Source of the DNA: Utricularia gibba
Taxonomy: Eukaryota > Plantae > Magnoliophyta
Assembly (NCBI GenBank): GCA_002189035.1
Contig: CM007989.1
Location: 6,944,001 to 7,008,000, forward strand
DNA length: 64,000 bases
Reading direction: 5' to 3'
Shown here in pieces: positions 47,787 through 60,620 of this stretch. Below the pieces are notes generated by a model. The model saw only the letters and a program-made list of their open reading frames with translations, made no database searches and was not told where the DNA came from. Numbering within the stretch: the stretch's first letter is position 1; every line of letters starts with the position of its first letter. The position numbers and the translations under genes were made by a program.

Positions 47787-48835
47787 TCATGACATACCAC
47801 CAGTGAGGGGGCTCTCTTTGTCTGTAACCTGAATCTTGCATACAGGCAACTTCTCGTTCTTGCTGAGAAGCTTCAAGCTGGGGTGAACTTCGACATGATG
47901 CATGGGAATGCTGTCTCCAATGTCCAGATTACTCACATCCACTTCGATTTTCTGAGGGATGTGCTCTGCGGGGCACAAGTACTTCAAACTAGCTCTTATC
48001 TTGCTCAGACGGCCACCTGTTTTTCACAGCATCATTAGGAAGAACTGCGCCAGCCGATATTAGGACTCATGCACCCAAATTAAGATCGAGCAGATCTTTT
48101 TCAACACTCCCCACCATTCAATAACTACAAAGCTTTAGAAGATGGACAGAAAAGAGTTCTTGTTTTTTCAGGCAAGCAATCTCATCGGTTCAAGGTTCTT
48201 GAATCTGTAATGCAAATGAAGTGCTCAGGAAGCAGGAATGGAGCAGGCGAAGCTTACCTTTCTTTAAGCCGGGGGAAATATCTTCTCCTTTATAAACAAC
48301 GGGCACATCCACTACCAACTCCGTTCCATCTTCCGCCCACGCCATCACCAAATTCAAAATCTTCCCATGTTCATTCTTATGCAACTACAACATATGTTTG
48401 TTAAAAATGTGAACTGAACGAGTCCCAGATTAATTAATGAACGCAATCCAAGAAACTCACTTTGATCGGAAGGACCTTTCCTTGCTCAATTATGGTAGAA
48501 GAACCCGGTCCAGCCTTGATCTGCAAGGGGAAAGTGGTGGAGCAGAAGAACGGCTCCTCCACTCCATTGAGAATAGACAGAAGCTGCTTCCGCTCAGTGG
48601 TGAGGAGAAGCTTCCGGCTGACTGAACCAGTGTTGGTGACCGAGGTGGAATCCCCAGGGATCCTCTGTGCGTAATTTTGAGAGAACACAACTGAGGGAAC
48701 GCGGCCCTGAGCTCTTTCGCGGACGGAGATACGGTGACCGGTAATTTCCCTGGGAATGGCTTCGATAGTATGATATGAGCGAAGGCACTTAGATTCCGAT
48801 GCTGTTTTACAGGCCACGCGCCACCACTTCGACAT
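47787..48835 (-). CDS. Ribosomal protein L25/CTC family (bL25, organellar, likely mitochondrial); 3 exons
   Basis: YHTIEAIPRE..RERAQGRVPSVVF, VDVPVVYKGED.SPGLKKGG, LKYLCPAEHIPQKIEVDVSNLDIGD. Confidence 0.92.
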
Positions 48836-49109
48836 CGGTGATCGGAAAACGAGACCAGACGCTTTGACGTAGGGTTTTCCTTCTGCGAAGAAAGTATATT
48901 GGGCTTATTGGGCCGGAAGTTCACATATTACGCGTTGAAACAACATATTGGGCTTTCACTGGGCCTTAATATTGAAATTAATATGTAAAATTAAAATTTT
49001 AAATTATTTATATTGGATTGTTCCCGCAACCGCCAATTTGCTTCGCAAGCTTCGAACGTACGCCGTGGTTGCACTGGAGGAGAATTGTTCGGAAAGAAGC
49101 TCAAATGAG
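48836..49109. promoter_or_regulatory. Bidirectional promoter shared by RPL25 and REV3 with four site II motifs
   Basis: Start codons are 274 bp apart, head to head. TGGGCT 48900, TGGGCC 48909, TGGGCT 48949, TGGGCC 48960. Confidence 0.7.
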
Positions 49110-52100
49110 ATGGGAAGCACCCAGCCTCAGCTATTCAGTGTTCGAATAGTTTCAATCGACTATTACATGGCAACCCCTGTTCCCGGCCTTGATATTTCAT
49201 TCTCTCCTTTGCATGGTGATTCTTCGTTGATCTGGGAATTCAAGAATTTTGCATATTTTGTTGTAAGTTCAAAGATTTTTTGGTTATTCCAGGTGAGCAG
49301 GTGAGCGAGGTTCCTGTAATTAGGGTGTATGGATCGACCCCAGCTGGACAAAAAACTTGTCTTCACATTCATCGTGTACTCCCCTTTTCATGTGTTGGTT
49401 ATAGTTCTGTTAGATTGTGTGTTTTATGTGATAGTTTTTCTGGAAAACGTGAAGTTTCTTTCTTTTTATGGAGGCAGTTGTGCTTTTTTCCATACATTTA
49501 TATGTTAATACTACGGATGAAAGTATATTTGATTGTGATGAAGTTTATAGTGTAGCTTTAGGATGTTTTGAATTTGATTCTACGTGAAAAAATGCTGCCA
49601 GTTGGTTTATTTTCAAGTTTGTAAGTTAAAACGCGAATGAAGGTCTTTAATTTGCAAAAAATGGTGGAAGAGGAGCCACTTTGATCGTCAGATTGTTAAA
49701 TGTGAAGCTTTTGTCTTAGCAACCTTTTTTTCATGCAGGTTTTACCTTACCTTTACATCCCTTACTGTGATTTAGGGCAGATGAAGAGTAATGAAGGTCC
49801 ATCAGGCTATTTCTCGTGTTATTTTCCTTGAAATTTGTTTATTATCACTAAACACTAATAATAATCTTTCATAATTTTGCAGTTGATTCATGTGCACGTT
49901 CTTTATCTACTGCTCTTGAAAAGGCTCTAAGGGTAATCCTTTCACCTCGATCGTTTTCTCTAATGAAGTTAGTTTCCCTTGAATATTGTGGTGAACAACT
50001 GTTTTCATCGAGCAGCTCAAAATTAGCACAGGCTCTCAGAGGCAACATGTGCATGGTTGTGAACCTGTACGGGCGCATAAATTTTATGGATATCACATTT
50101 TGGAGGAAATGTTTTTAAAAATTTATTTGTATCCTAAGCAGCTCCTTGATATTTCTGTTAGTTGGCTGCCTTTGGTGCTGTTAAAAAATCTTGTTTTCAT
50201 AGATGTTAATTTCTTTAACTACGTGTTAAAATCCTAATACGTGTAGTCGTGTTCTATTTTTCAATGCTCATATTTATGCTTCTTTTACAGTATGAAGGAC
50301 ATGTACTAAGCAAAATTCTCACTCTGTTTTACCACCACATTAAACGTTTTTTATTGAAGACCTTGACATTGATATCAGATACTATCCTCAAGATGTCTCC
50401 CGTGCGGCAAATCTTCTTCTGGTACCTTTTGCTGCCAACTTAAATGTTTTCTTAACATCCTTTGTCAAGATATTCTTTCGAAGTTGCATGTTGTGGTCAT
50501 TAAATGGTTTTCTTTGGTATTCATTTGTGGATGTTAATTCTGAGTTTATTTCGTGACATCCTTTCTATGTTTTTATTTTCATATTTTCACTCTTTCCCTT
50601 ACATTTTTTCTTCTTCCTTATTTCTACATCTTTTCCCTTGCCATCTGCCCTTCTATGTCTCATTATTCTAGGTCTGTTTTGCAATTGTTTGTTGTACTGT
50701 AAAATTTTTTTGTTACAATATTTTAAACAATTTACTAACTTATTACCTTGCTACTGCATCTTTTGACATTTCTTGGCAGTCAGGTGCTGTTTGGGATAAG
50801 TTATTGCAGCCTTATGAATCGCATATACCCTTTCTTCTCCAGTTCTTGGTATGGAAATTCCATGTGCAGAGGAAGTAATTTTACTTAAACCAACTGCGTG
50901 CAGATTCTCATTTCTAATTATGTCAGATCGACTACAATTTGTATGGAATGGGCCATTTACATGTTTCAAAGATGAAGTTTCGCGATCCTATCCCAAATGT
51001 TCTCTCACAGCTGAAAGCTGATCGAGTTACTGAACTGGGGCTATCTCAGAAGACCTCAATCTGCCAAGGGTTAGCAGGTCTGACTTGCATTGGCTTTTCA
51101 GATCCTGCTATGCCATGATGTTGGAGTTCAAATTTTTGACTCATAGAGTGGCGTTTTGTGTTTATTCCTTGCATATTTAGGTGGTGATCCATGTCCCAGT
51201 TATCCAATTTGGACTTCTTCAAGTATCCCACATGGGTGGGTGTGGGAGGATTGCCACCAGACTGGTTCTTTTGAAAGGGAAGATTTTTTGCAGTTCAGAC
51301 GTCAAAGCACGTGTGAGCTGGAAGGAGATGCAGTTGCAGATGGTTAGTAACTTAACAGTTTGCAGAATTCAAATAGAGGATTTTCTTTCAACTTCTAAAT
51401 CTTACCCTTATATGCAGACATTGTAAACCAGCAGTTCATATCATATACTCCCCTAACTCATAGCCATTCTGGTGTGAAAATGGTTCAGTCATTAATACCA
51501 ATTTGGGAGGTTTGCTTTCATTTGAAACTGGTTTCACTATTTTCATATCCTTAACATTGTAGCATCTACTGTGAGATTTTTTGATTATGCCAGGAAGAAA
51601 ATGAGCGGGATGCAGCTCCTGATAACCAAATTCCCACATCAGGCAGACCACTTCCACAGGACGTGCTAAAGATTTTCTCAGATGAAATGCTATATGGAGA
51701 TTTTTTTGGTACCAGAGCTGTCACGGAGATTGTGTCAAAATTCACATCGGAACCACTTGGATCTCCAATAGGTTGTGGAGATCTTACTGAGTATGAGCTT
51801 GATGGTATTAAGCACAGTGATCAGCTGCTTCCAAAGTATCTGAAGGCAAATGGTGAAAATGGACCTTTTTTATCCCAAGGCTCACAAATGACTAGCGGTG
51901 ATCCTGCAAAATGTCGTGATGTTCATGAAACTGATAAAATGAATGAGCAAGTCTCTGGAGGACAATTATTGATACAGGTAATTTTTGAGGTTCAGGAAGT
52001 ATGGAGTGAACTTATTACTTTTCCTGAAGTTTCCGTATTTGGTTCTAGGGTGTAAATGAGCATTATTGAACTTCATGGAAAGATATATTGTTCAAATCTA

Positions 52101-55100
52101 GGGTTGGCTTGTGGGAGGAGACGTTATTACATTTCTCTGTGCCTCTCTTAGTACTCTATCTTCACATCTCTTTTCTGCATTTGAGCTCTTGTTACAAAAT
52201 GAGCATAGAGCGCAATTAGGTCCAGTTTTAGGAGAAATGATTTGTGTTCTCTTACCATAAGACTTTAGCAGCCTTTTTTGAAAGAATCATGTAAAAAGTA
52301 GCTCAGGGCATTATTTTTTTTCCCAAGTAAGATCGTGGCTTTACTGACATAATTGCTTGAAATCTTCTGGGGAAATGACCTTTTGTTGTCATGCTTTTTT
52401 TTTTCTTCTAGTTATATTTTATATCGATCATCTGCTGCATACTTCATGTCTTAATAACAGCACTGTTAGGATGCAGAGACAGATGCTATGAGGCTTTTAA
52501 AGTGGCTTGCGTCTTCCCAAGCTATGAATGATATAAACTCTGATGATGAACTCGTTTCTGAGACAATTTTCGGCCCTGAAGATGGTGAACTGTTAAATAA
52601 TACCAAAATGGAATACGAAAGAGCATCACAGAAAGAGTGCCAAGACATTCTTGATTCTATTGATTTTCCTAAGTGTGAAGATTTGGATGCCCGTACTGAG
52701 TCTAATTATTCTGATGAAGTTTCACTGGATAATGTAATTCCTCAAGTGGATGGCTCTTACGATGATCTGCCATTCACTCTGCAATCAAATGAGTCTTCTC
52801 CGACTGATACTACTGAATCAAAGCCACATGCAGAAATCTTACATCAGCCTGTAATCAATTCAAATGTTATCCTTGATCACAGAAAGAAGAGACCTCGGTG
52901 GGGTTCTTTTCCTGTCGCTTCTCAGAAGGTGACTCATGTTGGGAATCTTGATGTGTCTACTGTTCCAGGTGAAATTAATGATGAGAAAAATGATGCTTTT
53001 GGCATTTCTTGCTCAAATGAAGTTGGCAATGTCACAGAAGTCTTACAGAATGATAAAAGTGATGCTGGATACACGAAGCCATCCATATTGGAATGCTCGT
53101 TAAGGGATTTGATGCGGAGAAAGAGATTGAATCAACATCAGAATTTTAAATACCATGCCATGGAAGAGAAGGGGAAGGAAGACGTGATATCTGATGATGA
53201 CACTGAAAAAGAAGATATGGATCCTCTCTCTGAATTGAAGAATGCGTTTGAAGATGATAAACCACCCAAGTCACTCATGCATAAATCTCCTTACACAGAA
53301 GTTGGGTTTCCTGAGAGGAGTGTAAGAGATACATGTGAAACATTTAATGAGATAGCTTTTGGCAGATCGTCAACTTTTTTTGATCCATCTTTGGGGCCAT
53401 TTCCTTTAACTGCCAAAGATGAAAATGCAAGTCCCAGAGTTGATTCTTGCACAGCCCATCATGCTTCTAGTTCTAAATCTAGAACTGTTAGTGACGTATC
53501 TAATTGCAGTTTCTTGGATGCTGAGGCACGGGTACTTGCCATGACCTTCTCCAGGAAACCTCCAACCATGGACTGGACTAATCACAATGATAGTGAAACT
53601 GCAGTTTTTCTCAAGAAAGAGGAAATGGATGTCAGGGGAACTACATATGAAAGTTTCCCCCATTTTTCATGAGCTGTGAAGAGGAAGAAGACCAGCCTGA
53701 AGCTGGTGGAAAACGAGATCAAGCTGCTAGCCCAAGACACTGTGAAGATATTAACCAACACTATGCTATTGGTGTTCCAACTCATTTTTGTGATTCCTCA
53801 TATTTTTTCTTGCTGGGTTCTACACTATCAGCTCCATCAAGGGAATCTGTTGATACATGGCTTTCATTAAATCAGTTTAAACCGTACGGAAAGTGTGCAG
53901 AAAGTCCACCGTTGAAGGCCAAAAGATTATCATCCAATGTGGCTGACTCACAAGTTTCTTCGCAGAATGATCCAGACTCTACTTCTCTGGAGTTCTGTTT
54001 GTCTTCTGGAAATTCAGATGTGATCCGAGATCCAGAAAGTCAAGAGAACTGCAGGACTGAAATCAAACCTTGTGATGAGATTCCCGTAAAAACATCAGCT
54101 GGCTCATTACCAGATGCCTCTCAGATATCTGGTCCAGATGCAAAGTCAAGGCTTACTCCTTTGAGCCAAGTTGGTTTTCGGGATCCAGCCAGCGAAGGTC
54201 AAGGACAGCAGATAACACTTTTAAGTATAGAAGTCCAGGCTAAAACTAGGGGCAATTTAAGACCTGACCCTCGATTTGATGCCATCAGTGTAATTGTTCT
54301 TGTTTGTCAGGAGGATGACGAGGTCAAACATGATGCCATTGTGCTTCTTCACTGTAACTCTTCTTTACCAGGGAAGGACCTTGATGGCATTTCCGAAGCA
54401 AGGGTATTAGTTTTCACTGAAGAATTACAGCTATTATATTATTTCAGAAAGGTGATTTGTGATTTGGACCCTGATATTCTTATGGGCTGGGATGTTCAAT
54501 CTGGTTCCATTGGACTCTTGGCCGAACGGGCTGCTCATCTCGGCATTGACCTTTTGAGTAGTATATCCAGGTCTCCATCTTCTTCAGTTGTAGCATCTGT
54601 AGGAGAGACTGGAGATTCTGAAAAAGGAATGGGAAAAGAAACATCTTTTCAATCAATGCTTTCTAACTCCACTGATTTTCAAAATACAATTATCGATGAT
54701 GAGTGGGGAAGAACGCATGCCAGTGGCCTACATGTAGGTGGCAGAATTCTACTAAATGTATGGAGACTGATGCGGAATGAAGTTAAACTTAATATGTATA
54801 CAGCCGAAGCAGTAGCAGAAGCAGTTCTTAAGATAAAGGTTCCCTCTATTCCTTGGGGAGTGCTTACAAAGTGGTTTACAAGTGGCCCTGCACAAGCAAG
54901 ATATCGAGCAATTAACTATACATTAGAGAAGGCAAGGTTGAATTTGCAGATTATTAATCAGCTTGATATGATAAATCGAACCTCAGAACTTGCTCGAGTT
55001 TTTGGAATTGACTTCTTTTCAGTATTATCCCGAGGATCACAGTATCGTGTTGAATCAATGTTACTTAGATTGGCACATACACAAAATTATCTTGCCATTT

Positions 55101-56999
55101 CCCCGGGAAATCGGCAGGTAGCTAATCAACCAGCAATGGAGTGCTTACCACTAGTCATGGAGCCGGAATCTGGTTTTTATGCTGATCCTGTCATTGTCTT
55201 GGATTTTCAGTCCCTGTATCCATCCATGGTTATCGCGTACAACCTTTGCTTCAGTACATGTCTTGGGAAAATGACGATTCCAAACGTACTCGGTGTTTCC
55301 TCATATGCACCCGATCCCAAACTGTTGAACTCTATGAAACATGAGTTATTGATCACCCCAATGGTGTTGCCTATGTTCCCAAGAAGGTTCGTGAAGGTAT
55401 ATTGCCCAAGCTGCTAGATGAGATATTGTCTACTAGAATCATGGTGAAACAGGCAATGAAGAAGTTAGCTCCATCTCACCGAGTTCGCCAAAGGATACTA
55501 AATGCCCGTCAACTTGCACTGAAACTCATAGCAAATGTTACCTATGGGTATACAGCTGCTGGTTTTAGTGGAAGAATGCCTTGTGCTGAACTTGCAGACA
55601 GTATAGTTCAGTGTGGGCGTAAAACACTTGAAAGAGCAATTGCATTCGTGAACTCGAATGAAAAGTGGAAAGCCAGAGTTGTTTATGGTGATACAGATAG
55701 GTATGAACTTGTTCAGATCTTCACTCATCCTGTTTTGAAGCTCTTTTGGTACATGACATCATCCTAATTTTTTTCTTTCAGCATGTTTGTACTCCTCAAA
55801 GGGCGTTCACGCCAGGAAGCCTTTAGAGTTGGAGAGGAAATTGCATCTGCAGTGACAGAAATGAACCCGGATCCCGTCAAGTTGAAAATGGAGAAGGTTT
55901 ACCATCCCTGTTTCCTCCTCACAAAGAAGCGATATGTTGGTTACAGCTTCGAGAGCCCTGACCAGAGCAAACCCACATTTGATGCCAAGGGTATTGAGAC
56001 TGTGCGGAGAGATACGTGCGGGGCTGTATCCAAGATGCTGGAGAAATCGCTGAAGCTCTACTTTGAAAGTCAAGACAGTGACAAGGCAAGTCTTCTCTTC
56101 TCCTCCACTTTTTCCTTCGAACCAGCCTCACTGTCATGGTTGGCAGGTGAAAGCATATCTGCAACGTCAATGGACAAGGATATTGACTAACAGGGTCTCA
56201 CTTGAAGATTTTATCTTTGCCAAGGAAGTTCGGCTGGGTACCTATAGCGGCCAGGCGCATTCTCTCCCTCCAGCAGCGATCGTTGCCATGAAATCAATGG
56301 CAATGGATCCTCGGGCAGAGCCTCGATATGCAGAGCGAGTGCCTTATGTAGTTGTTTACGGTGAACCGGGCTCCAGATTGGCGGACATGGTGGTGAATCC
56401 TCATGAACTCCTGGACATGGCTTCTCCTCTCCGATTAAATGGCCGCTATTACATCACGAAACAGATCATTCCTGCTTTACAACGAGTCTTTGGCCTCGTC
56501 GGAGCTGACCTGCACCAGTGGTTCCTTGACATGCCCCGGCCGATCCGTGAATCCGTCGGGAGACGTCACCACATGATCTCACCAAACGAACGGCGAACGA
56601 GAATCGATTCCTACTACAGGTCAAGGCACTGCATCCTGTGCGGCGAGTTCGTTCATGGATCGGCGCATCTCTGCTCCGATTGCTCCGACAAGGAAACGAG
56701 CGTCTGCGTAGCCTTGACAGGGAGAACCTGTAAGCTGGAAAGGGAAATTCATCACCTGAACGCCGTAAGTATCATATCATATGCACTGTTTGATCTCCTT
56801 TACCCCGTGGATCGCTGTTTCGCAGATCTGCCGGCACTGCGGAGGCGGCGACTGGTGCGTCGAAAGCGGTGTCAAATGCGAGTCCCTGGCGTGCCCTGTT
56901 TTCTTCCAGCGGAGGAAGGTACAGAAACAGCTGCATTCGCTGTCTCAGCTCTCCGCAGCCCAGGGATTCTACCCGAAGTGCAACGTGGAATGGTTTTGA
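49110..56999 (+). CDS. REV3: DNA polymerase zeta catalytic subunit; about 15 exons; two apparent -1 frameshifts (C5 53657-53661, C4 55356-55359)
   Basis: [82 protein letters not shown]-terminal CILC..CSDC and CRHC..C..LAC metal clusters. Confidence 0.96.
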
Positions 57000-57775
57000 T
57001 GCAGCTGCCACGGCAGCGTCGACACGGGGACACGCCAACAACATCCTTCCATGACTCGAGCTAGTCTTTACCGCGATCCTAAACACAAATTGTAGTAAAC
57101 CTGCTCCTTGTAATAATAATTCACATATTTCTTTTTTTTTTAACTAAAGAAAGAAATTGCCGGTCACATATTCAATAATTTTTATTTTTAATAATATTAA
57201 ATTTTAAGTATTATATTTAGAATGGATTAAATTAGATTTAATTTATTGTGAAAATTAAATTCAAAATCATGAATAAACGAAAAAAAGAATTAAATTCAAT
57301 TTAAAATAGTGGAATGAATTAACAGATGAATAATTCGATTAAATACAAAAATGAAAAATATATATATAAATTACCAGCAAATCCATTGGTCTCATGGCGG
57401 TTCTGTTTTTTGAGGCCTCCCCTACAGGGTATATAATCCCTAACTTCGGTGGACGTCTTCCAGATTCCGGAGCCAAAAATCCCTTGATTTAGCGAAATTC
57501 CTGGTTGCTGCTTCCATGAGTGATTTCCGGCGCATCACCATGAACAGCGCTACGGCTGGAAAAATGGAGTCCAAGGTGTTTCTCAGCCCGATTTTGTTGA
57601 GTATGAATTTGCTGATTTCTTTTGCCATACATTGTTGTTCTTGATGTTTGAAATGGTAAGTATGCTGATGGATTCTCTTCTTTTTTTATCTATCTCAGGA
57701 TTACAATGTACGTGCAGCAGGGCGCAGATTTGATAATACTTCAAGTTCGCGACTTGGAGGCTTTGTATTGTTTAC

Positions 57776-59845
57776 ATGCCATCTCTCCTTAGCCCTAATG
57801 CACTGGTTACAGTTTTGGAGCTCGCCGTCTCCTCTGGCTCCTCTGTACTTGGCCGTACGGCCCATGCACAGATCATTAAGAACCTGGGGTTTGGACTAAA
57901 TGCTTTCATATCTAATCATCTCATCAATATGTACTCCAAGCTCCACCTTCCCTACTCGGCTGAGACTGTTCTGCTTTTGACGCCTCCGCATTTATGCTCA
58001 GTCGTTACATGGACTTCCCTGATCGCTGGTTGTGTTCAGAACAACTATTCTTCTTCTGCTGTCTCATATTTTACTGCTATGCATAGGGATGGAATTCAAC
58101 CCAATGATTTCACGTTCCCTTGCCTGTTTAAGGCGGCGAGTCATCTCCAATCTTCCATCCTGGGACAACAGTTTCATGTTCTTGCCATCAAGTTAGTTCT
58201 GGTGGATGATGTGTTTGTGGCATGTAGTGCTTTTGATATGTACTCAAAAACAGGGCTTCCAAAAGAAGCAAACAAGATTTTTGACGAGATGCCTTATAGG
58301 AATATAGCGACATGGAATGCGTACATGTCCAACACTCTGCGTATGGGGAAGCCCCGAGAAGCTGTATGCAGGTTTGTGCAGCTCCTACACAGCAGTGAAG
58401 CCTTTCCGAACTCTATTTCGTTCTGTGCTTACTTGAACGCATGTTCAGAAGGGAGGATGCTGCTAGAGGGAATGCAGGTGCACGGTCTTCTGATCAAACA
58501 GGGGCAGGAGGCTGGCATGTCAATCTTAAACAGCTTAGTGGACTTTTATGGCAAGTGCCATGAAGTTGAACTCTCAGAGAAGATTTTCAACAACATGAGA
58601 GAGCGTAGCAGTGTGTCGTGGTGCTCAATGCTGGCAATTTACGAGCAAAATGACATGGGAGAAAAAGCTTGCCGTTTGTTTTTGGAAGCAAGGAGGGCTG
58701 GCGTTGAGTCAACAGACTTCATGGTTTCGAGTGTGCTCAGTGCCTGTGCAGGATTAGCAGCCCTTGAAGCAGGGAGAGCGGTCCATGGTCTGGCAACAAA
58801 GGCTTGCATTGAGGTGAATGTATTTGTAGGAAGTGCTTTAGTGGACATGTATGGGAAATGTGGGAGTATAGAGGACTGTGAACGAGCTTTCTTCCAGATG
58901 CCATCTCGAAATTTGATCTGTTGGAATGCAATGATTGGTGGGTATGCTCATCAAGGACGGGCAGAAGCAGCCTTGGAACTCTTTAATGAGATGACTACAG
59001 ATAAAAACAATGGAGCAAGGCCTAACTATGTAACTTTCGTGTCTGTTCTAGCTGCTTGCAGTAGAGGTGGTATTCTTGACCAGGGAATGAATATTTTCTC
59101 AGTGATGAAGGGAGAGTATGGGGTTGATCCTGGAGCCGAGCATTATGCCTGCATTGTCGACATGCTTGGAAGAGCAGGACAAGTTGAGCGTGCTTATCAA
59201 ATTATCAAGGAGATGCCTGTTTCGCCTACCATTTCAGTATGGGGAGCTTTGCTGGGTGCTTGCAAAATACATGGGAAAGCACGGATTGGAAAGATCGCAG
59301 CAGATAACTTATTTTTGCTTGATCCAAAAGACTCAGGCAATCATGTTATCCTCTCAAACATGTTAACCGCAGCTGGCCAGTGGGATGATGCAAACTTTGT
59401 GAGGAAGGAAATGAAGTGTGTGGGGATTAAGAAGAATACAGGATACAGTTGGATGTCGGTCAAGAACACAGTGCATGTTTTCCAGGCAAAAGATACATCA
59501 CATGCTAGAAATTCAGAGATTCAAGGAATGCTGGCTAAATTAAGGGAAGATATGAAGGTTGCTGGTTACACTCCTGATACCAAATTGGCTCTATACGATT
59601 TAGAGGATGAAGAGAAGGAGCTAGAGGTATGGAGCCACAGCGAGAAGATTGCCCTTGCATTTGGCCTCATTGCTCTACCTCCTAAAATCCCTGTGAGGAT
59701 AATTAAGAATCTTAGAGTCTGCACAGATTGCCATAGTGCATTCAAGTTCATATCAGGACTTGTGAATAGAGAGATCATCGTTCGAGACAACAATAGATTC
59801 CATCATTTTCAGAACAATCAATGTTCTTGTGGTGACTATTGGTGA
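57776..59845 (+). CDS. MEF11: PLS-class PPR protein with E and DYW domains, similar to MEF11/LOI1 (mitochondrial RNA editing factor)
   Basis: Intronless 689 aa. The N-terminus (LLSPNAL..LGRTAHAQIIK..NHLINMYSKL) matches LOI1/At4g14850 as I recall it. HSEKIA and CTDCH deaminase motifs; ends CGDYW. Confidence 0.9.
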   Translation: MPSLLSPNALVTVLELAVSSGSSVLGRTAHAQIIKNLGFGLNAFISNHLINMYSKLHLPYSAETVLLLTPPHLCSVVTWTSLIAGCVQNNYSSSAVSYFTAMHRDGIQPNDFTFPCLFKAASHLQSSILGQQFHVLAIKLVLVDDVFVACSAFDMYSKTGLPKEANKIFDEMPYRNIATWNAYMSNTLRMGKPREAVCRFVQLLHSSEAFPNSISFCAYLNACSEGRMLLEGMQVHGLLIKQGQEAGMSILNSLVDFYGKCHEVELSEKIFNNMRERSSVSWCSMLAIYEQNDMGEKACRLFLEARRAGVESTDFMVSSVLSACAGLAALEAGRAVHGLATKACIEVNVFVGSALVDMYGKCGSIEDCERAFFQMPSRNLICWNAMIGGYAHQGRAEAALELFNEMTTDKNNGARPNYVTFVSVLAACSRGGILDQGMNIFSVMKGEYGVDPGAEHYACIVDMLGRAGQVERAYQIIKEMPVSPTISVWGALLGACKIHGKARIGKIAADNLFLLDPKDSGNHVILSNMLTAAGQWDDANFVRKEMKCVGIKKNTGYSWMSVKNTVHVFQAKDTSHARNSEIQGMLAKLREDMKVAGYTPDTKLALYDLEDEEKELEVWSHSEKIALAFGLIALPPKIPVRIIKNLRVCTDCHSAFKFISGLVNREIIVRDNNRFHHFQNNQCSCGDYW

Positions 59846-60300
59846 ACGACTACGTATCCATGGTGTAGATTACATGACTTTGCAGATTAGTCACAGTGAG
59901 TTTCCAGAGTTGGAAGTGTGCAGAATAGATCAGATGTAGGAAGTTTGGCCCAAACTCTAAAGAAGACACAGATACAAGTTCCAATTACATATCCAAAATG
60001 TAGGAAGTGATATCTTTGTAGGAGGAACGTGATTCTGCTACATAGGATGAAACAGCAGGCAACATTTTAATTTGTGAGTGATTATTTCTCTCTCTTTTTG
60101 TTTTCCTTTACAATTATAATTTTCTGAATGCTTGTTTCTTTTTTCTCCTTTTTTATACAATAATTCAGTTCGAGATTTCTCCTTCAGTCCCTATCTCTCA
60201 GTTCTTTACTACACCATAAACTGTCCTGAGCATCAGCTTCTCCAACTTTCTAGGGAATAAGCATCCAGCCCGCACCTTCAGGAGCTCTTCACCAACATCA

Positions 60301-60620
60301 ATGGCTGCCTTCTGGAAGTTCCTCCCCTTCCTCTTCTTACTCACATCGGCAAGCCTCCACCACCATCCCAAAACCGCTGTATGGACAATGCCTGACTGCA
60401 AGTCCACCACCGGCCAATGCCTAGACTCCGACGCTGACTCAGAATCCAGTCATCAACACATGTTAGTGGCCACTGCCAGGAGATACATCAGCTATGGAGC
60501 TCTATGGAGGGGGAGCATCCCTTGCTCCCATCGTGGCGCATCGTACTTCAACTGCATCCCGGAGCCGATGCCAATCCGTACCGTCGGAGCTGCAACGCCA
60601 TCTCCCTGTGCCGGGGATAG
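60301..60620 (+). CDS. RALF: RALF-like peptide precursor; one apparent -1 frameshift at 60558-60562
   Basis: Signal peptide, CKSTTGQCL pro-motif, YISYGAL, IPCSHRGASYFNC. Adding 1 nt restores GADANPYRRSCNAISLCRG*, the conserved RALF C-terminus. Confidence 0.9.

Noticed and set aside
57394-57700. Short ORFs and an intron-like segment upstream of the PPR gene
   Set aside because: Could be uORFs in a spliced 5' leader, but there is no conservation evidence and the TSS is unknown.
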